Part shown: positions 48,131-56,229 of the stretch, piece by piece
Numbering within the stretch: position 1 is the first letter of the stretch
Layout of the letters: the number at the start of each line of letters is the position of its first letter
NCBI GenBank assembly: GCA_002345475.1
Contig: DDWC01000133.1
Coordinates: forward strand, 1 to 56,739
From: Firmicutes bacterium UBA2296
GTDB taxonomy: Bacteria > Bacillota > UBA994
Length of the DNA stretch: 56,739 nucleotides
Direction: 5' to 3'
The notes under the pieces: generated by a model
The model's database searches: none
Told to the model about the DNA's origin: nothing
The model's input: the letters and a program-made list of their open reading frames with translations, nothing else
Made by a program: the position numbers and the translations under genes

Positions 48131-48200
48131 GTCTAACGTCTAAAGTCTAACGTCTAAAGTCTAACGTCTAAAGTCTAAAGTCTAGCGTCTAACCTCTAAC
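48131..48200. repeat. 10 x tandem heptamer GTCTAAM (minus strand: [G/U]UUAGAC), overlapping the mtnN stop codon
   Basis: Units gtctaac/gtctaaa x7, then gtctagc, gtctaac and ctctaac. The minus strand carries ten UAG at exact 7-nt spacing, the first being the mtnN stop (48196-48198). Confidence 0.9.
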
Positions 48201-48873
48201 TACCAACCATCCGCTCCACCAAATCTGACATGCGTGTGACCGCCAGCTGCAAAAACTCAGGGAAATCCATGGTGGCCGCCTCATCCGCTTTGTCAGAAAT
48301 GCTGCGTATCGCCACCCAGGGAACGCTGTAGAGGTAAGCCACCTGTGCCCAGGCCGCTGTCTCCATATCTACACATGTTCCCTGAAACTCTTCACGCAGA
48401 GCCCGCCCCTCGCTACCCGCAACGAATCTGTCCCCGGACAACACTCTACCGGGCACCGCGTTGACATCCATTTCCGCGGCGTGTCCCAATGCCAAGGCGA
48501 TCAGGTGGGGGTGAGCAGGGAACTCCCTTATACCGATGCGGGGGATAGTCCCCTTGTCATAACCAAAAATCTGCACGTCAAAATCATGCTGGACAGCATC
48601 CTGAGAGATTACTATGTCGCCGATCGCAAGGCTCTTTTTTAAGCCTCCGGCCACACCCACGCCTATGATGCGGGCGATGTCTCTCCCAGACAGCACATAA
48701 CTGAGGCAGGCAGCAGCATTAACCTTTCCTACGCCGCACACAGTGGCCAGCAGATCAAGGTCGGCGTTCTGCCAAAGCGGCCAGGGTGACTTCCCCGGGC
48801 ATGGCGTAAGTCCAAGCTTTCCCCGGAGTATTTCGATCTCCTCTTCCATGGCGCAGATCAGTAAAGTACTCAC
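48196..48873 (-). CDS. mtnN: 5'-methylthioadenosine/S-adenosylhomocysteine nucleosidase
   Basis: LICAMEEEIE, GVGKVNAA, GVAGGL, VDMETAA and IRSISDKADE. Confidence 0.88.
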   Translation of the reverse strand: MSTLLICAMEEEIEILRGKLGLTPCPGKSPWPLWQNADLDLLATVCGVGKVNAAACLSYVLSGRDIARIIGVGVAGGLKKSLAIGDIVISQDAVQHDFDVQIFGYDKGTIPRIGIREFPAHPHLIALALGHAAEMDVNAVPGRVLSGDRFVAGSEGRALREEFQGTCVDMETAAWAQVAYLYSVPWVAIRSISDKADEAATMDFPEFLQLAVTRMSDLVERMVGS

Positions 48874-48984
48874 CAGATCACCTCCGTCAATTACGTCTCC
48901 AACATATCACGCTCTGCGTGTATCTGCAATTGCATGTCATCTCACAGCCGATTCGGACGGCTAGCAGGCAAAGGGGGAAAGGCC

Positions 48985-49662
48985 ATGTCAGAGTGCCTAT
49001 GCGAGCATATTTGTGCCTCCCGCGTACCCATCTTTTCGGGACTGGGACAAGAAGAGCTGGCGCGTTTCAACGATATCCTGGTCACGACAGATTATGACGA
49101 CGGAGAGCTGATTTATACCCAGGGCAGCCTCGCACTGAGCCTTTGTATCGTTAACACAGGCAGGGTGAAGCTGTTTGCCACTTCGCCGGAGGGTTGTGAG
49201 CAGGTTCTGCGCCTCTTGAATCCCGGCGACTTCTTTGGCGAAGGGGTTCTCTTTGCTGAGCAGAACCTGGCTACTTCAGCCCAGGCGCTAGGACCCACTA
49301 AGGTCTGTCGCATCGACAAGAGGGAGGCCGAGGATATATTAAGGCGTAATCCGGACATCGCTTACAGAGTCATCGCCGAACTGAACCTGAGACTGTTGCA
49401 GGCCGAAGCGCAAATCGAATTGTTGGGGACAAGATCTACCCAGCAAAGAATCGTCACTCTCCTGCTGAACTTGCGAGAAGAGCAGGGGAGTGACGAAATC
49501 GACTTACCTTTGAATCGCGAAGGATTGGCCAATCTCACCGGCATGACGCTGGAGAACTTCAGTCGGAAGGTTAGCGAGCTGCAGCAACAGGGTCTGATCA
49601 CTCCCCTTGGCCGCCGCAAGATGATACTCAACGATGTTTCGGCTCTTATCCGGCTCATGTAG
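48985..49662 (+). CDS. Crp/Fnr family regulator with an FNR-like cysteine set (C4, C6, C10, C108)
   Basis: MSECLCEHICASRVPIF N-terminus; cNMP-like beta-barrel; ALGPTKVCRI aligns with E. coli FNR ALETSMVCEI (Cys122); C-terminal HTH REGLANLTGMTLENFSRKVSEL. Confidence 0.8.
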   Translation: MSECLCEHICASRVPIFSGLGQEELARFNDILVTTDYDDGELIYTQGSLALSLCIVNTGRVKLFATSPEGCEQVLRLLNPGDFFGEGVLFAEQNLATSAQALGPTKVCRIDKREAEDILRRNPDIAYRVIAELNLRLLQAEAQIELLGTRSTQQRIVTLLLNLREEQGSDEIDLPLNREGLANLTGMTLENFSRKVSELQQQGLITPLGRRKMILNDVSALIRLM

Positions 49663-49674
49663 TGGACATCTGGT

Positions 49675-49710
49675 AAAGAACGCAGGAATAATTCCTGCGT
49701 TCTTTCTTTG
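49675..49710 (+). terminator. Intrinsic terminator after the fnr-like gene
   Basis: AAAGAACGCAGGAAT / ATTCCTGCGTTCTTT palindrome followed by CTTT. Confidence 0.75.
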
Positions 49711-49714
49711 CAGT

Positions 49715-49728
49715 TTGACAAATGTCAT
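49715..49728 (+). promoter_or_regulatory. Crp/Fnr-type box TTGAC-AAAT-GTCAT, about 41.5 bp upstream of a predicted TSS
   Basis: 9/10 palindromic 5-4-5 half-sites. GATAAT -10 at 49751-56 places the box centre near -41.5 (class II geometry). Confidence 0.5.
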
Positions 49729-49787
49729 ATTGCGGCCCGAGTTTTCGCGAGATAATTAATGCAACAAGGAAGAAGGGGTGTTCGTAA

Positions 49788-50030
49788 ATGAAGAATATAG
49801 CGTTACTTGGCGTCGAGGGCTGCCCGACGTGTGCCCGTCTCGACCAGCATGTGGCCGAGGCAATCAAGCTGGCCAATGTAGAGGTCTGTGTGGAGAAAGT
49901 TACCGAACCCGAGGCCATAATGGAGTACAGCCCGGGGGGTTTGCCGGCCGTCTATGTGGACGGTGTCAGGAAAGCCGTGCGCAGGGTGCCGGAAGTATCT
50001 GAACTTGTCTCCTGGATAAAGGGTGAGTAG
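49788..50030 (+). CDS. Small thioredoxin-fold protein (Thioredoxin_3 / redox-active disulfide protein 2-like)
   Basis: 80 aa. GCPTC motif after the first beta-strand, GGLPAVYVDG cis-Pro region. Confidence 0.7.
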   Translation: MKNIALLGVEGCPTCARLDQHVAEAIKLANVEVCVEKVTEPEAIMEYSPGGLPAVYVDGVRKAVRRVPEVSELVSWIKGE

Positions 50031-50031
50031 C

Positions 50032-50265
50032 ATGGCAGATATGGTCAAAGTCACCGCCAAGCTGGAACAGCTATCCTGCCCGGATTGTGCCAATATGATT
50101 GAACGTGTTGTTAAGAAACAGAAAGGTGTGGAGAGCACCGAGGTGCGTTACACCACCAATAAGCTCATTGTTACCTTTGACAAGGCCGTCATTGGCTGGG
50201 AAGACATCGAGAAAGCCATCGGCAAGCTGGGTTATGCCGTTGTCAGCAAAACTGAATCGGTCTAG
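50032..50265 (+). CDS. Heavy-metal-associated (HMA) domain metallochaperone
   Basis: LSCPDCANMIERVVKKQKGVESTEV, a ferredoxin-like fold with CxxC. Confidence 0.75.
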   Translation: MADMVKVTAKLEQLSCPDCANMIERVVKKQKGVESTEVRYTTNKLIVTFDKAVIGWEDIEKAIGKLGYAVVSKTESV

Positions 50266-50300
50266 GTCTTACAGTTATTAATTTCATCGGGGGGATTTCC

Positions 50301-52142
50301 TTGGGTATCTGGTTAAGAAAGAATGAAAAACTGGCCGTCCTGATCATTTCAGGCCTGCTCATAGCTCTGGCCTTCCTTGTCACTCCATACTCGCAAAACG
50401 GCAGGACCGTCTTGATGATCGTTGCGGCTGTTGTCTCCGGCTTCCGCATTGCGCAGACCGCTCTATTTGCTCTGCAATCGGGAGTTGTCAGCATTCAGTT
50501 GCTGGTAACCATAGCCGCGGTAGGCGGCATCGCCATAGGCAATCCCTGGGAAGCAGCCGCAGTCACCTTTCTTTTCGCCTTCGGGGGATACCTCGAGGCC
50601 AGAACTATCGGCAAGACCCGCGAAGCAATTCAGCAACTTCTCAATTTGGCGCCGGCCTCAGCCACTGTGCTGAGGGGCGGCGAAGAGCTAGTGGTGGATC
50701 CCGAAGAAGTAATGGTCGGGGAGACTGTGGTGGTACGTTCCGGGGGCAAAATCCCCGTGGATGGAATTGTGAGTAAGGGCACCGCCTCTGTCAACCAGGC
50801 AGCCATTACCGGCGAATCGGCTCCCCTCGACGTTAGCTCCGGTAACAAGGTGTTCAGCGGCTCACTGCTGGAAGCAGGGTATGTGGAAATAACCGCCGAG
50901 CGGGTTGGAGACGACACTACTTTCGCCCGCATCCTGCACATGGTGGAAGAGGCTCAGGAGCGCAAAGCCCCAACCCAAAAATTCATTGAACGCTTCGCTC
51001 GCTGGTACACCCCGGGTATTATCCTGCTTTCCCTGGCGGTGGGCATATTTACCCGCAATCTGCACATGGCACTGACGCTCCTGGTCATTGGTTGCCCGGG
51101 TGCTCTCGTTATCTCTACCCCCATCTCCATGGTGGCTGGCATTGGCAACGCTGCCAAGAACGGCATACTGGTAAAGGGCGGGGAGTTTCTGGAAAAGGCG
51201 GGCAAGGTGACAGTAGTCGCTTTCGACAAGACCGGCACTCTGACCGAAGGCAAACCTGCCCTGACAGGTGTGATGTCCCTTGATGTAAGTGAGAGTGAGC
51301 TACTGCAACTGGCTGCTTCGGTGGAAAAAGGCTCTGAACATCACATCGGTCGCGCCATTGTTTCCGGCAGTAAGGGGGCCGCCCTCTCCTCGGTGGACGA
51401 GGTTCAGGTCTTTGCCGGAGGTGGCATTAGAGGACTAGTCGAGGGAAGACACATTCTTGTCGGAAACCGTCGGCTGTTTGCTGAAAATCATATCAGCGTT
51501 CCCGACCCGGTAGAGGCCTGGATGCAGGAGAGAGAAAACCGGGGAGAGACTCCGGTTCTGGTGGCAAGTGATTGTGTCACGATCGGATCGCTATCAATAG
51601 CCGACACTCTGCGCGAAGAGGCCGCCGATGCCGTTGCCGGGCTGAAACGAGCCGGCAAGCGGGTGATCATGCTCACCGGCGACAATCCTCGCACTGCTCG
51701 AGCCACAGCAGATAAACTGGGTCTGGACGATTTCCGGGCGCAATTGCTGCCCGAAGATAAGGTCAAAGCGATTCAGGAGTTGCGGGCCTCAGGAGCTTTT
51801 GTGGCCATGGTGGGTGACGGGATAAATGACACTCCGGCCCTGGCAGAATCAGATCTGGGGATAGCCATGGGCGCCGCCGGCACCGACGCCGCCATCGAAA
51901 CCGCCGATTTGGCCCTCATGAGCGACAACCTGTCCAAAGTCACGTACGCTTTTCAGCTGGGGAAGGCCACCCTGGCTAACATCCGTCAAAACGTAGCCTT
52001 CGCCGTTGCTGTTGTTTTTCTACTGGTCATTGGTGTGCTTGGTCAAAAGGTCTTTCTGGCCACAGGCATGCTGGCTCACGAAGCCAGTGTTATGCTGGTC
52101 ATACTAAACGCCTTGAGGTTGCGCACCTGGAAGGGCAAGTAG
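50301..52142 (+). CDS. P1B-type heavy-metal-translocating ATPase lacking an N-terminal metal-binding domain; TM motif is CPG
   Basis: TGES, IGCPGALVISTP, FDKTGTLT, MLTGDN, GDGINDTPAL and HEASVMLVILNALR. TTG start after GGGGGGA. Confidence 0.88.
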   Translation: MGIWLRKNEKLAVLIISGLLIALAFLVTPYSQNGRTVLMIVAAVVSGFRIAQTALFALQSGVVSIQLLVTIAAVGGIAIGNPWEAAAVTFLFAFGGYLEARTIGKTREAIQQLLNLAPASATVLRGGEELVVDPEEVMVGETVVVRSGGKIPVDGIVSKGTASVNQAAITGESAPLDVSSGNKVFSGSLLEAGYVEITAERVGDDTTFARILHMVEEAQERKAPTQKFIERFARWYTPGIILLSLAVGIFTRNLHMALTLLVIGCPGALVISTPISMVAGIGNAAKNGILVKGGEFLEKAGKVTVVAFDKTGTLTEGKPALTGVMSLDVSESELLQLAASVEKGSEHHIGRAIVSGSKGAALSSVDEVQVFAGGGIRGLVEGRHILVGNRRLFAENHISVPDPVEAWMQERENRGETPVLVASDCVTIGSLSIADTLREEAADAVAGLKRAGKRVIMLTGDNPRTARATADKLGLDDFRAQLLPEDKVKAIQELRASGAFVAMVGDGINDTPALAESDLGIAMGAAGTDAAIETADLALMSDNLSKVTYAFQLGKATLANIRQNVAFAVAVVFLLVIGVLGQKVFLATGMLAHEASVMLVILNALRLRTWKGK

Positions 52143-52157
52143 GGTTTGAACATAAGG

Positions 52158-52187
52158 AACCCCGGAAGCCGTCAGGCCTCCGGGGTT
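52158..52187. terminator. Bidirectional terminator between convergent genes
   Basis: AACCCCGGAAGCC-GTCA-GGCCTCCGGGGTT. Confidence 0.75.
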
Positions 52188-52218
52188 TGTCTTGACGTTA
52201 GTCTGAATTTAGTCTAGC

Positions 52219-54405
52219 TTACTGACCCCATCGCTTTAGCGCCGCAGTGCGGTCTTTTTGCCACTGAGCGTAAGCTGTTTCGAACTGTTGCATGTTCATG
52301 GGCTTGTCGAGAACAACCTGACCCTTAAACTTGAGATTAGAGGTTCCAAATGGGGCATATGAGGAAGCGAATGGGTGGAAGTATGACGCAACATAGCCTC
52401 CACCTCCAGCCATCATGGGTACTACCAGCGCTTGGTTAATAAGATAGGCCTCTGCCTTGGCAAACAACTCGTATCGTTTCTGCAGGTCGACTTGTTCAGC
52501 CTTAGCAGCAGTCACCAGCTTGTGATATTCACTGTCGACCACAGCCAGATCGGTGTAAGTGTTCCCAGGTACGAACGGGTCAGTGAAAGTCTCCGGGTCG
52601 GCGTAGTCTGGCCCCCAGTTTACTTCCTGCAAAGCGTAGTTGCCAGACCTTCGGGTGGCATTAAGGAATCCGGTTGAGGCGAAGCCCACAGGGATAATGT
52701 CGATAAAGGCCTTGCCTAACAGGTTTTCCAACTGCTGTTCAACAACCTGGACGCGGTTGACCCAGTTTGTTATACCCGTGTTATAGGGCATCATGATTTT
52801 GATGGGGAAAGTAACGCCAGCTGCTCGAAGTTCCGCTTGGGCTTTGTTCCTGTAGTCCAGTGCTAGGACGCGATTGTAGTTGTTTGTCTTCGCGATACTA
52901 GCTAGCGGCGGTAGCTGCGTATAGTCCACACCACCGACAGAAACAAAACCAGGGGGTGTGATGGTGCGGATGATGGGGACTTCTGGAGCATACGGGTTGA
53001 TGGTCAGCAGCGCAGATATGTGGTCCAGTCCATGGAAGATGGCCTTGCGGAAATTGAGGCTCTTGACAGCCTTTACCCAGTTATCTGGTTCATATTCTGC
53101 AGAAATCTTCGGGTTGAAATTAAAGGCGTACCAATAGGAGTATTCATTGTTGGTGACAGGCCGAACCAGTTCTTTCCTTGCGGGGTCCTGTAACCAGGCG
53201 TCGAGAATGGAACTTGAAATCGTTGCTGCCGTTACCTCTCCCCGCATGAACAGCTCCGGAGATAGATTGGCAGCCTCTCGGTTGTAGCGATATGTGAGCT
53301 TGGTTACATGAACATTTGCTTTGTCCCAGTAGTTCTCATTCCTCACAAACTCCCTCATGTTTTGTGGCTCATGATTTGTGAGGATGTATGCTCCATTTGA
53401 TAGCAGGTTTTTGTGATCTGTACCGAATCGATCACCTGTGTCGGCCAGGAACTTGCCGTTGGCAGGGAAGAAGCAAACGTAAGTCAGGGCGGACATGAAG
53501 TAGGGAACAGGCTGCTTCAGCGTATATTGCAGAGTGTATTTGTCCAGGGCCTTTACTCCGACGGTAGCAAAGTTGGTGCTCTTACCTGTAAAGTAGTCTT
53601 CAGCTCCCTTGACCATGGAATACATTATGTTAGCCGTTTTCGAGGCATTAGAAGAGGTGAGAATGTATTTTGCAGCATCTACAAAATCTTGGGCCACAGT
53701 CTCGGCATACATTTTGCCGTCATGTGTATACCAGTTAACCCCTGGCCTTAGGTAGAAGGTATAGGTCAGGCCGTCGGGAGAAATGGTCCAGTAACGCGCC
53801 AGCGCAGGCTTAAGGACACCCAGATTGTCGTACTCGACGAGCGTTTCAATAATGTTCGCTGCTGGGGTTTGTTCTGCGGTGGTGGCGGTCACCAGGTAGT
53901 TCATTGTTGTGACCTCTCCGGAGTAGACTGTGGAGTATTCGCCCTGCTTCCCTGTGATGGGTTGCGGTGTTTCGGGCCTGTAGGTAATGACTACCGTGGA
54001 TGTGGATTGTATCCAGTCCACCTGGGCCCCCATGGCTTCGGAAACGAAGCGCAGTGGGACCATTGTGCGTCCGCTGATAATAGTCGCCGGCACGTCCAGG
54101 CTTACCGCCTTGCCGGAGCTATAGGCAACTTTGCTGTCAGGTTGCAGCAACACAAAAGCGGGTCCGTTAAAGCCGCGAACGGCGTTGGTGGTCTGGTCCC
54201 ACTCTACGGTTGCTCCCAGGGCTTCAAAGATTTCGCGAAATGGAACTAGTGTTCTGCCGTCGCGCAGTACTGGGGCTACAAGGGTCGGCAGAGTTCGTCC
54301 GTTAAGGGTTATACGGATGGTTTGGGCATGTGCCGGAAGCACAGTGCCAAAGGTCGCCAGAATGAGCGCCAGCATAATTACAAATACGGCACTTCTCTTT
54401 AACAA
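52219..54405 (-). CDS. Family-5 (peptide/nickel type) ABC substrate-binding domain fused to an N-terminal copper-amine-oxidase-N-like 'stalk' domain; secreted
   Basis: Signal peptide ending in PAHA|Q. Duplicated LVPFREIFEALGATVEW and MVPLRFVSEAMGAQVDW. SBP_bac_5-like body. TTG start after GGGAGGG. No permease or ATPase genes adjacent. Confidence 0.7.
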   Translation of the reverse strand: MLKRSAVFVIMLALILATFGTVLPAHAQTIRITLNGRTLPTLVAPVLRDGRTLVPFREIFEALGATVEWDQTTNAVRGFNGPAFVLLQPDSKVAYSSGKAVSLDVPATIISGRTMVPLRFVSEAMGAQVDWIQSTSTVVITYRPETPQPITGKQGEYSTVYSGEVTTMNYLVTATTAEQTPAANIIETLVEYDNLGVLKPALARYWTISPDGLTYTFYLRPGVNWYTHDGKMYAETVAQDFVDAAKYILTSSNASKTANIMYSMVKGAEDYFTGKSTNFATVGVKALDKYTLQYTLKQPVPYFMSALTYVCFFPANGKFLADTGDRFGTDHKNLLSNGAYILTNHEPQNMREFVRNENYWDKANVHVTKLTYRYNREAANLSPELFMRGEVTAATISSSILDAWLQDPARKELVRPVTNNEYSYWYAFNFNPKISAEYEPDNWVKAVKSLNFRKAIFHGLDHISALLTINPYAPEVPIIRTITPPGFVSVGGVDYTQLPPLASIAKTNNYNRVLALDYRNKAQAELRAAGVTFPIKIMMPYNTGITNWVNRVQVVEQQLENLLGKAFIDIIPVGFASTGFLNATRRSGNYALQEVNWGPDYADPETFTDPFVPGNTYTDLAVVDSEYHKLVTAAKAEQVDLQKRYELFAKAEAYLINQALVVPMMAGGGGYVASYFHPFASSYAPFGTSNLKFKGQVVLDKPMNMQQFETAYAQWQKDRTAALKRWGQ

Positions 54406-54797
54406 GGTTGTCCCTCCCTATATTTTATTGGCGACGACCGCAATGTAAGCCCCAAATCCAGGCACCACCTCCAAATTACTTACTGTCGACAGGGAATAAC
54501 TATTCGACTGAAGATTACGATAAATCTGACGCGAATACCTGCTCGTTTTGGAACATCGTGGAACTTTATTTCATAATCTCTCGAAAGTCGGTAGAACGGC
54601 TGAATAGGCAGTAGCGGCAAGGGTTTTTACATTCGCGCCAAAGAATCACAGGCAGACAAACGCCAAGACGTAATGGCCAGTTTCAGTCTTCCCGCCGATT
54701 ATTCGGCTAGTGACGACTATTCGGCAGAAAACTGGGTGAAGGATTTGGCCGTGTTGCTGTGGAAATTCTCTAGTGTGCAAGGAAAGGTGGATGCGAC

Positions 54798-55310
54798 TTG
54801 TATAAGGACCGCGCAATCGAGTTGATGAAGCGTCATTTCGGCAAGGAAGAGCACTATGTTGATCACGCGCTCAAAGTAACCGGTTTTGCCGAGGAAATCA
54901 TGGCAGGAGAGGCGATAGACGAGCCTTTCTTTGCCAACGTAATCAGGTTGGCCGGGATCTTTCACGACGTGGGCATACCCGTGGCCATGATCAAACACGG
55001 TACCAGTGCCGGGCCCCTCCAGGAGCGCGAGGGCGAGCCCATTGCCCACGAGCTCATGGCCGAGTTAGGAGTACGGCGGGATATTGCCGAGCGGGTAGCC
55101 TACATCGTGGGCAAGCATCATACCAGGGAAGCGGTGGACGGGCTCGATTTCCAGGTGATATGGGAAGCCGACGCTTTGGTAAACATTCCTAACGGCTGGG
55201 GCAGGAGGGACTACGGTTGCACCTTCGCCGAACTGGTCGACGCAAATTTCCGTACCAAGACCGGCAGTGACCTCATAAACGCCTGGGGTCAGCAAAACAT
55301 AAGGGGGTAG
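54798..55310 (+). CDS. HD domain phosphohydrolase
   Basis: HALKV ... IFHDVG ... GKHH, the HD superfamily metal ligands. TTG start. Confidence 0.7.
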   Translation: MYKDRAIELMKRHFGKEEHYVDHALKVTGFAEEIMAGEAIDEPFFANVIRLAGIFHDVGIPVAMIKHGTSAGPLQEREGEPIAHELMAELGVRRDIAERVAYIVGKHHTREAVDGLDFQVIWEADALVNIPNGWGRRDYGCTFAELVDANFRTKTGSDLINAWGQQNIRG

Positions 55311-55314
55311 AAAA

Positions 55315-55800
55315 ATGAACAGTTTAACTTTTGCCATTGAAATGGAACGTCAGGGAGAGCAGTATTATCGTCAGCAGGCAGCCAATAATGGCGGCAACGG
55401 GCTTCAAGTGGTGTTCAATATCCTCGCCGACGAAGAGGTGAAGCATGCGGAACTGTTGGAGAAGTATGTGGTACACGCTGTAGGTGACTTGCAGGAAAGC
55501 AAAGCTCTGGAGTTGGCCAACAACGTCTTCTCTGAGATCAAGGCCTTCGAAAATGAGTACAGTGCCGTGCCTCAGCAACTGGACGCCTACAGGGCGGCAT
55601 TGGCCGTTGAACGCAGAAGCATAGAGCTTTACCGCGACTTGCATGCCAAAGCGGAAAGCCAGTCGGACAAAGATCTCTTTGCTTTCCTGACCAGGCAGGA
55701 AGAAGACCACTACTCTATCGTCGAGAACCTGGTTATTCTCATCCGTCGTCCCCAGCAATGGGTAGAGTCCGCCGAGTTTGGTGTGCGCAAGGAATATTAG
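55315..55800 (+). CDS. Ferritin-like/rubrerythrin-domain protein (diiron four-helix bundle)
   Basis: AIEMERQGEQYY ... EEVKHAELL ... ALAVERRSIELY ... QEEDHYS gives two ExxH pairs. Confidence 0.7.
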   Translation: MNSLTFAIEMERQGEQYYRQQAANNGGNGLQVVFNILADEEVKHAELLEKYVVHAVGDLQESKALELANNVFSEIKAFENEYSAVPQQLDAYRAALAVERRSIELYRDLHAKAESQSDKDLFAFLTRQEEDHYSIVENLVILIRRPQQWVESAEFGVRKEY

Positions 55801-55836
55801 GCCCACAATCCAGGCTAAGTATTCTGTCGATTTGAG

Positions 55837-55866
55837 TTGACACTGCGCCTCTGATACCTGTATACT
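55837..55866 (+). promoter_or_regulatory. SigA-type promoter for the T-box leader
   Basis: TTGACA (55837-42), 18-nt spacer, TATACT (55861-66). Confidence 0.65.
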
Positions 55867-55872
55867 ACGGAG

Positions 55873-56155
55873 CAAGACAATAGCCTTGACCGGGAAAGAG
55901 TAGGGCATGTCCTTCCTAACAGAAAGTTACCGTTTGCTGAGAGGTGCGAGGAAGGCTGACCTGAAGTACATCCTGCGAGCTGCACACCGAAATATTTACA
56001 GTAGGCTGTGCCGGAATAGCGCCCGTTAGAGCGCCGGGGTATAACTGCTTTTGCAGCGTACCTGACGAGGTTGGCGTTGTGAAGCGTCAACAGACATAGG
56101 TGGTACCGCGGTTAATACCCGCCCTTTGGCAACAGAGGGCGGGTTTTTATTTTTG
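55873..56155 (+). promoter_or_regulatory. T-box leader RNA (transcription attenuation type); specifier most likely UAC (Tyr)
   Basis: AAGAGTA S-turn side (55896-902). Specifier loop GAAGUACA (55963-70). T-box GGTGGTACCGCG (56099-110). Terminator ACCCGCCCT/AGGGCGGGT plus T5 (56117-48). Confidence 0.8.
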
Positions 56156-56229
56156 GGGGTGGTTCTTTGGATGTCGACTATGCGTATTCCCGTCAATCAC
56201 ACAACCAGACGATAGGAGGAAAAGAAGAA

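Noticed and set aside
48131-48200. Could the tandem repeats be a CRISPR array or minisatellite-encoded peptide?
   Set aside because: The units are 7 nt with no spacers and no cas genes, and stop codons occur in all six frames. It is reported as a simple tandem repeat instead.
54458-54472. A T-box-like string on the minus strand (AAUUUGGAGGUGGUGCCUGG) in the 5' leader of the SBP gene.
   Set aside because: It deviates from GGUGGUACCGCG at key positions. There is no terminator or convincing sequestrator downstream, and I could not build a Stem I or specifier. An Infernal scan would be worthwhile, but I cannot support the call.
54699-54725. Direct repeat TATTCGGC x2 (18-nt spacing) and the palindromes TGCAATTGCA (48925-34) and TGCCTGCAGGCA (33704-15) in divergent promoter regions.
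   Set aside because: They are short, single occurrences with no match to an operator consensus I know. Noted only as possible operators.
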